Assembly (NCBI GenBank): GCA_963716175.1
Contig: OY970296.1
Location: 160,001 to 224,000, forward strand
Source of the DNA: an uncultured Armatimonadetes bacterium
Lineage (GTDB): Bacteria; Armatimonadota; Hebobacteria; Hebobacterales; Hebobacteraceae
Length of the DNA: 64,000 nucleotides
Direction of reading: 5' to 3'
Below are positions 52,348 through 63,237 of the stretch, one piece after another. Each line of letters starts with the position of its first letter. The first letter of the stretch is position 1. Made by a program: the position numbers and the translations under genes. Under the pieces are notes generated by a model that was given only the letters and a program-made list of their open reading frames with translations, was not told the origin of the DNA and ran no database searches.

Positions 52348-54999
52348 ATGGCTCTTCAGACATGGGTTGTGCTTGCGGTGCTCGTCGCTATCGGCGCGCC
52401 TGTAGCCCCGGCTGACACGGTGAGGCACCCGGTCTATCCCAGCGACATCTCGTCAGAGGAGGCCCAGACGATGGCTGCCGAGCTCGTCCGATATGTCAAT
52501 ATGCCGGAGGCCGCGCTTCGCTCACTGGTACCGAAGCAATCCGGCCTCTACTTCTGCGGGTGCCCGAACTGCGAAGGCGGAACGCAAGAGGGCAACATGG
52601 AGTGGTCGCCTGGCGACCCCGAGCACGTGCACTGCAAGAGCTGCGGGCATGTCTACCCCTCACCAAACTACCCGATGACGCACGAGGTGCGCGTGAAGTC
52701 GCCGCGCGGCGAGGAGCACGTCTACCGCTATCATCAGGATCCCAGAGGTCGGCAGTACTTCTTCGAGGCGCGCATCTGGTATGCGAAGATCCACTACTAT
52801 GATGGCGTGGCGCTGCGCCTTGCCCAGGTCTACGACGCCACCAGGGATGAGCGGTATGCGCGGGCGGCGGCCGTGCTGCTGGACCAGTATGCGCATGTCG
52901 TGCCGGGATACGTGCCGAAGTTCGACTACCCGTTCCGGGCCAAGCAGTTCTTCGGCGCAGAGGTGAAGCCGCCGTACCCGGTGACGCCCTACCGCGCCTC
53001 GCGCTACTCCTGGTGGGCCTACATGGATGTTCCCGACGAGCTAGCGCTGGCCTACGACCTGATCGCGAGCAGCACCGCGCTCGACAGCGAAATGCGCGCC
53101 CGTATCGAGCGCGATCTGATCCGCGGCTCGGTCGATTGGGTTCTGCTCAATCCAGAGCAGCTCACCAATATGGCGCCCGGGGTGTGGCAGAGCATGGTCC
53201 AGGCCGGGCGCATCGTAGGCGAACCCGATTACATCCACGATGCGGTCGAGCGCGCCAGACGATTCCTTTGCGAGCAGTTCTTCTATGATCACTTCTGGCG
53301 GGAGGGGTCGCCTTCGTATCATCTTCAGTCAGTGGAGTACCTGCAGTCGGCGCTGGACATGATGAAAGGGTATTCGGACCCGGCCGGCTATGTCTCACCG
53401 AGAGATGGTCAGCACTATGAGAATCTGGACCCCGACTCTCTTTTCCCCGAGCTGCCCAAGGCGCGCGCGGTGGCGGAACTGATGCGCCTGCCCGATGGCC
53501 GCTACGCGCCGGTGCACGACACCTGGTGGACCCACAAGGGAGAACCGCTGCAGAAGTCGGAGCCGCACCTACTGCCCGCGATGGGATACGCAATCCTCGG
53601 TTCGGGGACGGGGAAGGACCAAGTGCAGGTGCACCTCGCGTCCTCCGGCGGCTATGGCCACGAGCACATGGACAATCTCGCCATGCTGCTCTGGGCCAAC
53701 GGCCGTGAGGTGTTCTCCGATCTGGGCTACACCCACACCAAGGACCGCGCCTGGACAATCTGTTCGGCAGGCCACAACACGGTGCTCATCGATCAGCGCG
53801 ATCAGCACGCCGGCGCCGGGACCGATGGCAATCTGCTGCTCTGGGGCAAGGGGCACCTCTCCTCGGTGGTCGAAGCGGACGGCCGGGCGGCCTGCCCGCA
53901 GGCCTCGGTGTACCGCCGCTTGCTGGCGCTGGTTGAGCGGCCGGGCGGCCTGCCGTTTGTAGTGGACATCTTCCGGGTCTCAGGCGGCGAGGTGCACGAC
54001 TGGTTCCTGCACGGCAATGCGGACGAGGACACGGAGTTGCAGTTCGGCCTGGTGATGCAGCCGTTCGGAGGGAGCCTGATCCCCGTGGGCTTCACCTTCT
54101 TGCCACCGGAGAATGAAGGCGACTTCCGCATGTTCAGCGACGCGGCCTCACCCGGCCTCTATGGCTACCTCCGCGATCTGCGGGAGGCGCCAGCCGACGG
54201 CGCGTGGCATGCCGACTTTGTGAGTCCCGACGGAGCCACCAGTCGTCTGATCATGGTCGGCGCACCCGGCACCGAAGTGTTCAGCGGGCGCGACCCCTCG
54301 GTGCGCCGCGCCAGAGACGACGACAGCAAGCTGGCTCAATTCACGCGGCCCTTCGTGATGGCCCGTCGGAAGGCGGCGGGGAAGCAGTCAGTGTTCGCCG
54401 CCGTGTTGGATCCCGCGGCCGGGCAGGCCGGTCGCGCAGTGACGGAGGTGACGCCACTGCTGGTTGATGATCAAGCCGTGGTGTTGCACATCACGTCTCC
54501 GGCCAGCACCTATCTCGTGGCCACCTGCATTGATCCCGCGCGGCAAGTCACGTGCGAGAGCCCGGAGGGACAGGTCGTGTTCCAGGGGCGCTATGCTCTC
54601 CTGCGGCGGGGCGGCCGTTCGGTGGCGGCGGAATCGCTGGGCGCATCCAAGATCGCGTGGGGCAGCGCGAGCTTTGCGGGCGCCGGCCGGCTGGAAGGGC
54701 GAGTGCTCTCCGTCTCAGCTGATGCGCTGGAGATCACGGCCAACGCGGCCGACGTAGCGGACCCGGCGAATCAGATGGTGATCATCACTCACGGCGACGG
54801 CACCAGCCACGGCTACCAGATCGCGCGTGCTGAGCGCAGTGGGCCGGATAGCGCGAAGCTGTTCCTGGCCGCTACCGGCTTCGAATACGATCCAGAGAGG
54901 AAGTTGACCCGTTTCACCTCCTTCCCCCTGAGTGAGATCGCTGGCGAGAATCGCTTCAGCATCGACTTGATTCGCGAGGAGGAACATGCCATGAGATGA
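52348..54999 (+). CDS. Heparinase II/III-like polysaccharide lyase, secreted
   Basis: Signal peptide; W.EGS.SYH, GH.H.D.L, D.GY, HNTVLID and VDIFRV.GG..HD. Confidence 0.82.
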   Translation: MALQTWVVLAVLVAIGAPVAPADTVRHPVYPSDISSEEAQTMAAELVRYVNMPEAALRSLVPKQSGLYFCGCPNCEGGTQEGNMEWSPGDPEHVHCKSCGHVYPSPNYPMTHEVRVKSPRGEEHVYRYHQDPRGRQYFFEARIWYAKIHYYDGVALRLAQVYDATRDERYARAAAVLLDQYAHVVPGYVPKFDYPFRAKQFFGAEVKPPYPVTPYRASRYSWWAYMDVPDELALAYDLIASSTALDSEMRARIERDLIRGSVDWVLLNPEQLTNMAPGVWQSMVQAGRIVGEPDYIHDAVERARRFLCEQFFYDHFWREGSPSYHLQSVEYLQSALDMMKGYSDPAGYVSPRDGQHYENLDPDSLFPELPKARAVAELMRLPDGRYAPVHDTWWTHKGEPLQKSEPHLLPAMGYAILGSGTGKDQVQVHLASSGGYGHEHMDNLAMLLWANGREVFSDLGYTHTKDRAWTICSAGHNTVLIDQRDQHAGAGTDGNLLLWGKGHLSSVVEADGRAACPQASVYRRLLALVERPGGLPFVVDIFRVSGGEVHDWFLHGNADEDTELQFGLVMQPFGGSLIPVGFTFLPPENEGDFRMFSDAASPGLYGYLRDLREAPADGAWHADFVSPDGATSRLIMVGAPGTEVFSGRDPSVRRARDDDSKLAQFTRPFVMARRKAAGKQSVFAAVLDPAAGQAGRAVTEVTPLLVDDQAVVLHITSPASTYLVATCIDPARQVTCESPEGQVVFQGRYALLRRGGRSVAAESLGASKIAWGSASFAGAGRLEGRVLSVSADALEITANAADVADPANQMVIITHGDGTSHGYQIARAERSGPDSAKLFLAATGFEYDPERKLTRFTSFPLSEIAGENRFSIDLIREEEHAMR

Positions 55000-55437
55000 A
55001 GGCCGGTGCGGCTAGCCAACTGCGCCTCGGCCAGGCAGCGACGTTCGTCGTCGAGGAGGTGGACGCGGCCAGGTGCCCTTTTCCTGGGGATCTTCTTCAC
55101 AGGGGGCAGGTACCCGTTCTGGAGCGTCAGCTCCCGGCAGAGCAGCCCCGCCACGGTGGCGATGACGGGCAGCCCCACCCAGCCCAGTCCTCGCTGGTCG
55201 ACCTTTTCGCCCATCTTCTCTGCCTCCCAGACCAGGGTGGTAGCGAGTGCACGCAGTAGCATGAGATGGGCTATGTGGGGGCTCCGGGGGCTGGAGCAGT
55301 TCCCGGACAGGACGGGTTTTGGTACACTATGATCTCTGGCAGATACTGCGCAGGCAACATGCTGCGGCATCTCAGGCGTGCGCCGTCAGCTTGCCCGATC
55401 ACCGAGGACGCGGATGTCGCAGGGGAGGAGGGCGTGT

Positions 55438-56820
55438 GTGTCGCTGTACGGCCGAATAGTGCGCACCACGGTGCTACCCCCGTACTTCCGGCTGCGCGGG
55501 TACGGAGAGCTACGTTGCCTCCGGGCAATGGAGGAGACGCAGTGGCTGTCGGCCTCGGAGACGCGCGAGCGGCAGTGGCGTGAGCTCCAGCGTCTGTTGA
55601 GCTACGCCTACGAGAACATCCCGTTCCACCGGGTGCGTTTGGGGGAAGCCGGGCTGTTGCCCGATGAGTTGGGTGATCCCGACGGCTTACTCAAGCTCCC
55701 GCTGCTCACGAGACGCGAGCTCCAGGAGCACGAGCAGGCACTGCGGACTCCCGATTGGCCCGAACGCGACTTGGTGCATGACTCCACCGGGGGATCTACA
55801 GGTGAGCCCGTACGGGTCTGCTTCTCCCGGGCGAGCTATGACCGTCGGGTGGCGTCCGCGTCCCGCAGTGATCGCTGGGCGGGTTGGGACTACGGGGAGC
55901 GGACGGCTCACTTGTGGGGACTCGACCCGAACCCAGGGGCAAGAAGCAGGCTGCGGCGAGTCCTGTCCCAGACGTACTGGGCTGTCAGACGCGAGAAGGT
56001 CTTCAATGCCTTCGCTCCCAGTGACCGCACGCTTGAAGCAACGACGCGGGATCTCATGCAGTTCCGACCACAGATGATCATCGCCTACCCAACGCGAGCC
56101 TACGAGGTGGCGCGCTTCATGGACGCCAACTCGCTCACCGGTCGCATTCGGCCGCGCGGTGTCATCACCTCCGGGGAGGCGCTCGAGGAGTACCACCGCC
56201 AGCAGATCCAGCGCGCATTTGGATGCAGCGTCTTCAATCGGTATGGATGCCGGGAGTTCTCGCTGATCGCTTCCGAGTGCGAGCAACACAGCGGCCTGCA
56301 CATCAACTCCGATAACGTCTACGTGGAGTTCCTCCGCGACGACGGACGCCCCGCCGCGGCTGGCGAAACAGCCCGGCTCGTCATCACCGATCTCACCAAC
56401 TACGCGATGCCTTTGATCCGCTACGTGATCGGGGACGCGGGGCAGTTCATGGCTGAGCAGTGCCCGTGCGGCCGCGGTATGCCCCTGATGCAGGTTGTGG
56501 GCCGATCCTGCGATACGGTGGTGGCCCCCGACGGCCGCCTCCTATCAGGCATCTTCTTTGGCCACTTGCTGAAGCACATCCATGGCGTGCGGCGCTTCCA
56601 GGTCCGACAGCCCGACCCCACGCACGTCGAGGTGCTATTGGTTCCCCAGGCATCCCCAGCAGCTATCAACGAGCAGGAGCTGCGATGGGCGCTCAGTCAG
56701 ATCGTGCACGCTCTGAGATCGGGCGTCCAGGTGACTCACCGCTTTGTGGACGACATCCCCCTCACTCGTTCCGGCAAGCACCAGCTCGTGGTCTCAGACG
56801 TGCCCGTCACCTATGCCTGA
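55438..56820 (+). CDS. Phenylacetate-CoA ligase / CapK-like AMP-dependent ligase
   Basis: STGGSTGEP, YGCRE, TDL.NYAMPLIRY.IGD, GR..D and SGK. GTG start after SD GGAGGAGG. Confidence 0.88.
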   Translation: MSLYGRIVRTTVLPPYFRLRGYGELRCLRAMEETQWLSASETRERQWRELQRLLSYAYENIPFHRVRLGEAGLLPDELGDPDGLLKLPLLTRRELQEHEQALRTPDWPERDLVHDSTGGSTGEPVRVCFSRASYDRRVASASRSDRWAGWDYGERTAHLWGLDPNPGARSRLRRVLSQTYWAVRREKVFNAFAPSDRTLEATTRDLMQFRPQMIIAYPTRAYEVARFMDANSLTGRIRPRGVITSGEALEEYHRQQIQRAFGCSVFNRYGCREFSLIASECEQHSGLHINSDNVYVEFLRDDGRPAAAGETARLVITDLTNYAMPLIRYVIGDAGQFMAEQCPCGRGMPLMQVVGRSCDTVVAPDGRLLSGIFFGHLLKHIHGVRRFQVRQPDPTHVEVLLVPQASPAAINEQELRWALSQIVHALRSGVQVTHRFVDDIPLTRSGKHQLVVSDVPVTYA

Positions 56821-56956
56821 CGGTCGGAAAGCGGCCCTCCTAGCCGTAGGGTCCCAAAGCCTGTCACAGGCCTTTGGCTGTCGTGGCCAAGCGCCCATGG
56901 AACCGGCCGTGGTGGCCAGACGGGCACAGCGCCGCCATCGCTGTTCATCTCTAGCG

Positions 56957-59900
56957 TCACCGTTCCGCCTTTGCTATGGTCAGCCGGCCCACGGAGAGAT
57001 TGCGGTCCTCCGGCGGACGGTACTCATCGTTGACATAGGCCAGCGCGATGCGGTGCACGCCCGCCTTCACCTGCGCGCTCGCTCGATAGGTCCGCCAGCC
57101 GCCGGTTCGAAGATCAGCGGTCGCCACCGCCGCTCCATCCACTCGCAGCTCGACCCGTGGGTAGATCCCGCCCAGTGGCGTGCCTGACGCCAGAATCGCG
57201 AAAACATAGCGTCCTTCGGACGCGAATTCGACCTCGGTCTCCAGCACGCCGTTCGTCGCCAGCGTGACGCCTTCCCCGGTCTCCTGGTGCAGCTCCGCGG
57301 TCACGGCCATCTGCGCGGCCGGAATCACCTCACCGGCCTCTGGCTCGAACTCACAGCCCAGGCCGGTGAGAAGCGCCCCGAGGTAGTGCGCGGCCTTGTC
57401 ATCGTTCGACCCGGGGACATCCCACCGCACCTGGTCAGCCACCCACAGCCCTTTCCCCTCCGGCAGCGAGGTCAGCAGGCCCGGGTCGGTGTGGAAGATC
57501 AGGGCCGTAGGCGTGAGAGACGCCGGCGCCCAAGAGATCCAATCCACCCACAGATTTCGGTCTTCGGTGCCGATCTGCAGGTCGTTCACGAAGGCGACCT
57601 TCAGGACATGGTGGCCCGCGGGCAGATTCGCCACTGCGGACAACGTTCTCCAGTCCTGGAAGACCGACGCCGAGCCGACGGGCGAATCGTCCAGCGTGGT
57701 GACGACGCGTGCGTAGGCTCCCTGGGCCGGTGTGCCTCGGGCGCGGATGGCGATCTCGTAGAGGCCGGTGGCGGGAACGGTTATATCCGTCGCTAGTTCT
57801 CCGTTGGTGTAAAGAGCAAGGCACGCGCCGTCGGGCAGGGATTCCGTCTCCATCATCGGCGCTGACACTCGCATCCCCTCCGCTTCCACGCGAACCGTGG
57901 CGCCTGCCGCCCGGTAGGGCCGGGCGACAGGGAAGGCGGCGACGCCGGGCTGCAGCGACGGTGCCCCGAACTCGCTCTCAGGTGGGGGTCCGAACCAGGC
58001 CAGGTCTTGACTGCTGATCCCGGCGGCCGGACCGCTGCGGTCGCTTAGCTTCACCCAGCCATCGCAGCCCTCGGAGAGCGCCACCTCCTGGCGGAGCAGC
58101 TGGCGAGCTGTTCCGAGCGTCTCCGGCATCAGGCCGTGCAGCAGCACTCGCCCGCTCTGGCGCACGAACTGCTGCAGTTGCTGCCGCGCTGCGCCCGCCT
58201 GCGTGAGATCACTTACCAGCAGTTGGCCGAAGCGCGAAAGGGCGGTGGCGTCCTCCGGCAGCCGCAGCTGCTCATAGCGCAGCCCAATCGTAGTGAGAGC
58301 AGCCGCCGTGGTGTCGTCACACACCACTCCCGTCGCCCGGGCCGCAGCCTGCGGTCGGTCCGCGTAAGACAGCAGGTTCCGTACCACCCGGTCGGCGGCC
58401 GGCTCGATCCCATACTTCGCGGTGACGTCGAGCTGGCAGAGCAGCATGCGCCCCTTGCCCAATCGCAGCTCGGCCAGCCCAGTTGTCTCCAGCCCGCGCT
58501 CTCCCCCGCTGTGCACGAGCGGAAGGAGACCGCCCCAGTCCGGCTTCACTATCTCCCGTCGGGCGGCCAGGCCGTCAGGCGCCCAATGGCTGAGATCATC
58601 TGGTTCCAGCCCTTCGAGAACCGGGTGACCAGGGTGAGCGATGAAGCCCATTGTGGAATCATGATCGCTGAGCGCGAGAGGGATCAGCGAGGTGGGATAG
58701 GTAGTCTGCTCGAAGACTATGAGAACGCCTCCCGCGCGCACGAACGCGACCAGCTTGCCCAGGAAGGCATCGGTGCGACCCACCACGGTTCTCCCGGCGG
58801 CCTGGCTCCGGAAAGCTTGCTTGCCGATGACAGCGACGCTGACGCGCCGAAACGCCTCATCCGGCTCGCTCTCGGAGATCGGCAGGCAGGCGACGCCAAG
58901 CTGGCCTAACAGGCGCGTGGAATCGCCGACAGGATCGTACACAGCGACTCGATCCGGCAGGCCTGGCGCCGCACTCACCACCTTAGGCCGATCGTACACC
59001 TTCCATTCCTGGGACGCAGCGAAGCGCCGCTGCGATCCCTCCCACAGCTCGTAGGTGAGCCGAGCCCGCGTCCCGCCCTCGGCGATCTCGGAAACCGGGA
59101 TGTCGACAGGGAGGCGCGTTCGCCCGGCCGCGGGGAGAGGGACCGACTGCGCGCCCTTCACTTCCCACGCTCCCGTGGCAGGCGCCAACCTCCAGCGCAG
59201 TTGCAGGTCGCGCGCTGTGCCGGAATCGTTGAACACCATGAAGGTGCGGAGCACGTGCGCGCCCGCGTAGACGCGCGTGCCCATCTCCCGCGGGAAGGCG
59301 GCGATGGGCTGGTAGGCCCGCCGGTGGGCCTCGGAGCCCACGTTCGGGAATCCGCCCATCTCCCACAGGTTCCACGGGCACATGCCGGCCACGCCCGCGT
59401 CGCGGGCCGCGATCACCTGCATCTCCCAGGCCGCCGCCTTGGCCTTGCGATGGTACTCCGAGACGTCCGGATACGCGGCATCGCCAAAGAACACGCTGGA
59501 GGCGTCCACTTCCCGCTCCGGCACCCACAGGAACTCCCCCAGGTAGAGCGGTTTGCTGCGGCTCCAGTGCCACGGTCGGTTCGGATAGCTGTCGGTCTGA
59601 ATGGTCTGGTCGAACCAGTACGCCGTCTCGGGCCAGAGGTTCCACTTCGGGAACTCGTGCGGGTAGTGCAGGTTGATGATGTCAGCCTTGCCCATCGGAT
59701 CCTCATCGCCCTCGAACATGATCGGCCGTGTCGGATCGAGGCCACGGATCACGTCTGCCAGCGCGGCGACGTTCTGCACGCCGCCGGGAACGGCGTCGCC
59801 TCCGCAGTCGAGCAGCTCGTTTTCCGCGCTCCAGACCACGATTGAGGGGTGATTGCGCTGCAGCTTGATCTGGGCGGCGAGGTGGGCGTGCGCATTCCGC

Positions 59901-61048
59901 CAGAACTCCGGCCGGGTCATCGCGTAGTTCGGCGACAGGCACCACAGCGCCGATTCCCAGATCAGCAGCATGCCAACCTTGTCCGCCGCCTCGTACCACT
60001 GCTCGGGCCAAGGCTGTGCGTGCAAGCGCATCGCGACACATCCCACCGACTTCGCCTGCGCGTAGGCCTGTGCGGGATCAGCGTCATATTCCGACATGGG
60101 GTGCGCGGCGGTGGCGAGCAGATTGATGGGCTGGCCGTTCAGGAGGAGCCGGTCTTTCTCTGTCCAGACCTCGCGGAATCCGAAGCGGACCTCCTGCACA
60201 TCGCGGCCCGACTCCACCACCAGCGTGTAGAGATGAGGGTCGCCGGGTGACCAGAGCTGAGGATCGGCCCAATCCGCAGTCAGCGAGACCGCGGCACTCT
60301 TGCCCGCGGGGACTGTCACCGTTCCGGGCGCCAGCGCAGGCGCGGGACCTCCCTGTGACACCCGGGCTCTCACTGGCACTCGAACCGGGGCCGTGCCCGC
60401 GTTCTTCATGGTGACCTGGACGCGCAGCATGTGCTCTCGCACCGAGGTCGTCACAAACACATCATCCACCCATACCTGCGGCCGCGCCTCCAGAGACACG
60501 CTCTGCCAGATACCCACCTCGGAGCCATGGGAGCCGATGGGAGCGAGAATGCCGTCTTCCACCCAGGAAGCGAACTCAGCCCCGGGCGTGGGCGCAGTAG
60601 CCGTGGTCCCCGGTGCCAACAGCGAGGTCCAGTCCTCCGCCGCCACGAGCAGTTGGTTCTCTCCGCCTGGCACAAGGCAAGAGGTGATATCGCACTCTAC
60701 TGGCTCGTATCCGCCCACATGGCGTCCCACCTCCGCCCGATTCACGAAGGCGCGATGACTGTACTTCACCCCTTGCAGCTTGAGCACGACCTGCCGGTCC
60801 GCCCAAGAGGTCGGCAGTGAGAATGATCGGCGGTACCACACACAGTGCGGGCCCTCCGGTCGCCACGGCAGCACCGAGGGTACCTGAACGGGCTGCCAGG
60901 CCGCGGCCGGACTCGGCGGCAAGGTCGGCTCCCCGTACGCGTACTCCCACTGTCCGTCCAGCGCGACTGACTCGCGCGCCCAGGCCACAGTCGTCACAGT
61001 ACACGAGAGCAGGACTAGACTCACTATGCATCTCAGGGGCCAGTTCAT
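56957..61048 (-). CDS. Large secreted GH2-family glycoside hydrolase with two C-terminal carbohydrate-binding-like modules
   Basis: Signal peptide; LDGQW, WYRR.F, H.GGY.P, LWSP..P.LY, FGFRE, RNHPSIVVWSAENE and LGEF. Duplicated ND...EDRNL modules. Confidence 0.88.
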   Translation of the reverse strand: MNWPLRCIVSLVLLSCTVTTVAWARESVALDGQWEYAYGEPTLPPSPAAAWQPVQVPSVLPWRPEGPHCVWYRRSFSLPTSWADRQVVLKLQGVKYSHRAFVNRAEVGRHVGGYEPVECDITSCLVPGGENQLLVAAEDWTSLLAPGTTATAPTPGAEFASWVEDGILAPIGSHGSEVGIWQSVSLEARPQVWVDDVFVTTSVREHMLRVQVTMKNAGTAPVRVPVRARVSQGGPAPALAPGTVTVPAGKSAAVSLTADWADPQLWSPGDPHLYTLVVESGRDVQEVRFGFREVWTEKDRLLLNGQPINLLATAAHPMSEYDADPAQAYAQAKSVGCVAMRLHAQPWPEQWYEAADKVGMLLIWESALWCLSPNYAMTRPEFWRNAHAHLAAQIKLQRNHPSIVVWSAENELLDCGGDAVPGGVQNVAALADVIRGLDPTRPIMFEGDEDPMGKADIINLHYPHEFPKWNLWPETAYWFDQTIQTDSYPNRPWHWSRSKPLYLGEFLWVPEREVDASSVFFGDAAYPDVSEYHRKAKAAAWEMQVIAARDAGVAGMCPWNLWEMGGFPNVGSEAHRRAYQPIAAFPREMGTRVYAGAHVLRTFMVFNDSGTARDLQLRWRLAPATGAWEVKGAQSVPLPAAGRTRLPVDIPVSEIAEGGTRARLTYELWEGSQRRFAASQEWKVYDRPKVVSAAPGLPDRVAVYDPVGDSTRLLGQLGVACLPISESEPDEAFRRVSVAVIGKQAFRSQAAGRTVVGRTDAFLGKLVAFVRAGGVLIVFEQTTYPTSLIPLALSDHDSTMGFIAHPGHPVLEGLEPDDLSHWAPDGLAARREIVKPDWGGLLPLVHSGGERGLETTGLAELRLGKGRMLLCQLDVTAKYGIEPAADRVVRNLLSYADRPQAAARATGVVCDDTTAAALTTIGLRYEQLRLPEDATALSRFGQLLVSDLTQAGAARQQLQQFVRQSGRVLLHGLMPETLGTARQLLRQEVALSEGCDGWVKLSDRSGPAAGISSQDLAWFGPPPESEFGAPSLQPGVAAFPVARPYRAAGATVRVEAEGMRVSAPMMETESLPDGACLALYTNGELATDITVPATGLYEIAIRARGTPAQGAYARVVTTLDDSPVGSASVFQDWRTLSAVANLPAGHHVLKVAFVNDLQIGTEDRNLWVDWISWAPASLTPTALIFHTDPGLLTSLPEGKGLWVADQVRWDVPGSNDDKAAHYLGALLTGLGCEFEPEAGEVIPAAQMAVTAELHQETGEGVTLATNGVLETEVEFASEGRYVFAILASGTPLGGIYPRVELRVDGAAVATADLRTGGWRTYRASAQVKAGVHRIALAYVNDEYRPPEDRNLSVGRLTIAKAER

Positions 61049-61479
61049 ATCTCGCCTCACGCTTTGCGGGTATGCGAACGGCCAGACGGCATCGCAGCAG
61101 ACTTTGCCGTTACCCACCACTCCCCTGCATATCCCTGGCGAAACCGGCCACCGGTTCCGGTTCGAAGCGCGCGCTGATCTCGCCCCAACGGGAACTCCGT
61201 ATGGGCGAAGGGCATTGGCACGTCGGGAAGCTGGTTGATGAGGGCTCGGAGACCGGGGATCATCGCTTCCCCTTCATGCACAGGGGCAGTACACCCACTC
61301 TTCAGTGTCGCGTCCACGCTTCCCTTGCGCCGAGCGCCTGGCGGTGCCAGATGCCCGTTCTTCCGATGCGGCAGGGTGTGGCTCACGGATCGCCCATCGG
61401 AGTGGCGAGGGGACCAGGGACGGGGGTCAGCGCAGGAGGACTACTGACATGCCGCCTTATGGGGCCGTTGCGACGGACC

Positions 61480-62394
61480 TCATCCTGCTGCCGCCGTCCT
61501 CCCATCAGGCGGATCCGCCGGGACCAGAACCGTCAGGGCCGAGCGCAGGAGGCCGACCTCCACCGGGGTCGTTCCGGCCGGATCGCCGTCCAACTGCAGC
61601 GGAGCCGGGGGCTCGCATTCGAACCGGAACTGACGCGCCCGCAGGTGTGCCACGCCGGGATGAGTGGAATGCCGGCCCCGCAGCACGGCGATAACCTGGC
61701 CGATGCGCTCGGCGGTAGACTGACCGCGGAAAAGGCAGAGGTCGAGCCAGCCATCATCAATGCGGGCCAGTGCGATCCGCCAGCCGTACGTGTACCTGGC
61801 GGCGTTGGCCACCACTGCCAGCCAGGCCTGGGCCTCAACCTGGCGACCGTCGGCCAAGATGCGGAATCGGCTGGGCGGGTAGCTAGGGAGGAGACGCAGC
61901 CCGCTGGTGACATACGCCAGGGAGCCCACGAGCCGCTTGACCGGCCTGGCCACGGCGCGCACCACAGCGGCGTCGAAGCCTATCCCCGCCATCAACGCGA
62001 AGGGCTGGCCATTAGCTATTCCGACGTCCACCCGGCGAGGTATCCCATCCCGCGCCACCGCAATCGCCGCATCCAGCTCGCGGGGAAGGCCCAGCTCGCG
62101 GGCCAGCACATTGACGGAGCCGACTGGAAGGATCGCTAGCGGCACCCCGGTCTCCACGAGCACCGGAAGCGCGGCGTGTATGGTGCCATCGCCGCCGGCT
62201 ACGATTACTCGGACCTGCCCCTCGGGCTCGCGCCGGATTGCCTGTCGGAGCGCGTCGGCGACTGCGCCGACCACGCCGGCCGGGACCGCATGCGTTTCCA
62301 GGCCGGCGTCCTGCAGGCGCTGCGCCAGCCGCACCGGACCCGCTTCGCCGCCGATCCTGCCCGCGTTCGGATTGGCCACCAACAGAGCCTTCAT
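61480..62394 (-). CDS. Diacylglycerol/lipid kinase family protein (YegS/BmrU-like)
   Basis: NPNAG, GGDGT, P.GS.N..AR.LG, GIGFDA and QLDGD. Confidence 0.92.
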   Translation of the reverse strand: MKALLVANPNAGRIGGEAGPVRLAQRLQDAGLETHAVPAGVVGAVADALRQAIRREPEGQVRVIVAGGDGTIHAALPVLVETGVPLAILPVGSVNVLARELGLPRELDAAIAVARDGIPRRVDVGIANGQPFALMAGIGFDAAVVRAVARPVKRLVGSLAYVTSGLRLLPSYPPSRFRILADGRQVEAQAWLAVVANAARYTYGWRIALARIDDGWLDLCLFRGQSTAERIGQVIAVLRGRHSTHPGVAHLRARQFRFECEPPAPLQLDGDPAGTTPVEVGLLRSALTVLVPADPPDGRTAAAG

Positions 62395-62517
62395 CCACCC
62401 TCCACTTCGCGATGACTGGGAACGCCGGCGTAGTCGCGAGCGCGTACGCAGGACGCTGGTTGCGCCGCACGACCGGCGAGTGCCTTGACCGAGGTATGTC
62501 GGTCTATCGAGGCCCCC

Positions 62518-63195
62518 TCAAAGGTCACCACCCCCATCACGGGAGTGTCCACCGAACAGCAGGCATAGGGGAGAGAACGGCAACAGGACAGCATACCAGA
62601 ACATGGCCGGGAGGATGCCGCAGAGGAGACCAGAAGTCAACCCCTGGTCGCGGCCGGGGCGATCGGATGATGCGTGGGAATCCTGGGCGATACGTCGGCT
62701 GAGGCCAGCCCTCAGGTCATTGCTCTGGCGCCGTGCGCCAGACAGCCACGCAGCGACGGCAACCAGGGCCAGCACAGCAATGGACGGACCAAAGCCGAGC
62801 AGCCACTCGCCGAATGGAACATGATACACTGAGCGGATGTGCACCGAGATGAGCCATGCCGTGCCAGGCGAGCGGGCGAGCCACTTGCCAAGCGACGTCA
62901 CGGGGTTCATCAGGTCCAGCATCACTGCGGCGAACGCGCTGCCCAGAATCAACCGCCAGTGACTCTGCCGCCTCGTGATCCAGAACACCAGCGCGAGACC
63001 GATCAGGGCATCGGCCGCAACGATTGCCGCCTTCAGGGGTAATGCCCTGGGGTCTCTGAGGGACAGGTACGCGTGGGGCATAGCGTCGAGCAGGTAATGG
63101 CTGACGAACGCGAGCGGAAGCGCGATCCAGGCCCGGCGCGAGGACCTTCCTATCATCGCTCCCACTGCTATATGCGGCCCTGCCAACATCGCCAT
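62518..63195 (-). CDS. Membrane protein with H/SH..LD..PH motif (putative metal-binding membrane protein)
   Basis: PH..VGA, SHYLLDAMPH and several TM segments; SD AAGGAGG. The C-terminal extent is uncertain. Confidence 0.6.
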   Translation of the reverse strand: MAMLAGPHIAVGAMIGRSSRRAWIALPLAFVSHYLLDAMPHAYLSLRDPRALPLKAAIVAADALIGLALVFWITRRQSHWRLILGSAFAAVMLDLMNPVTSLGKWLARSPGTAWLISVHIRSVYHVPFGEWLLGFGPSIAVLALVAVAAWLSGARRQSNDLRAGLSRRIAQDSHASSDRPGRDQGLTSGLLCGILPAMFWYAVLLPFSPLCLLFGGHSRDGGGDL

Positions 63196-63237
63196 CCTCC
63201 TTGTCGCGCGCGTTCCTGGCGCCTGCAGAAGGCGGCA

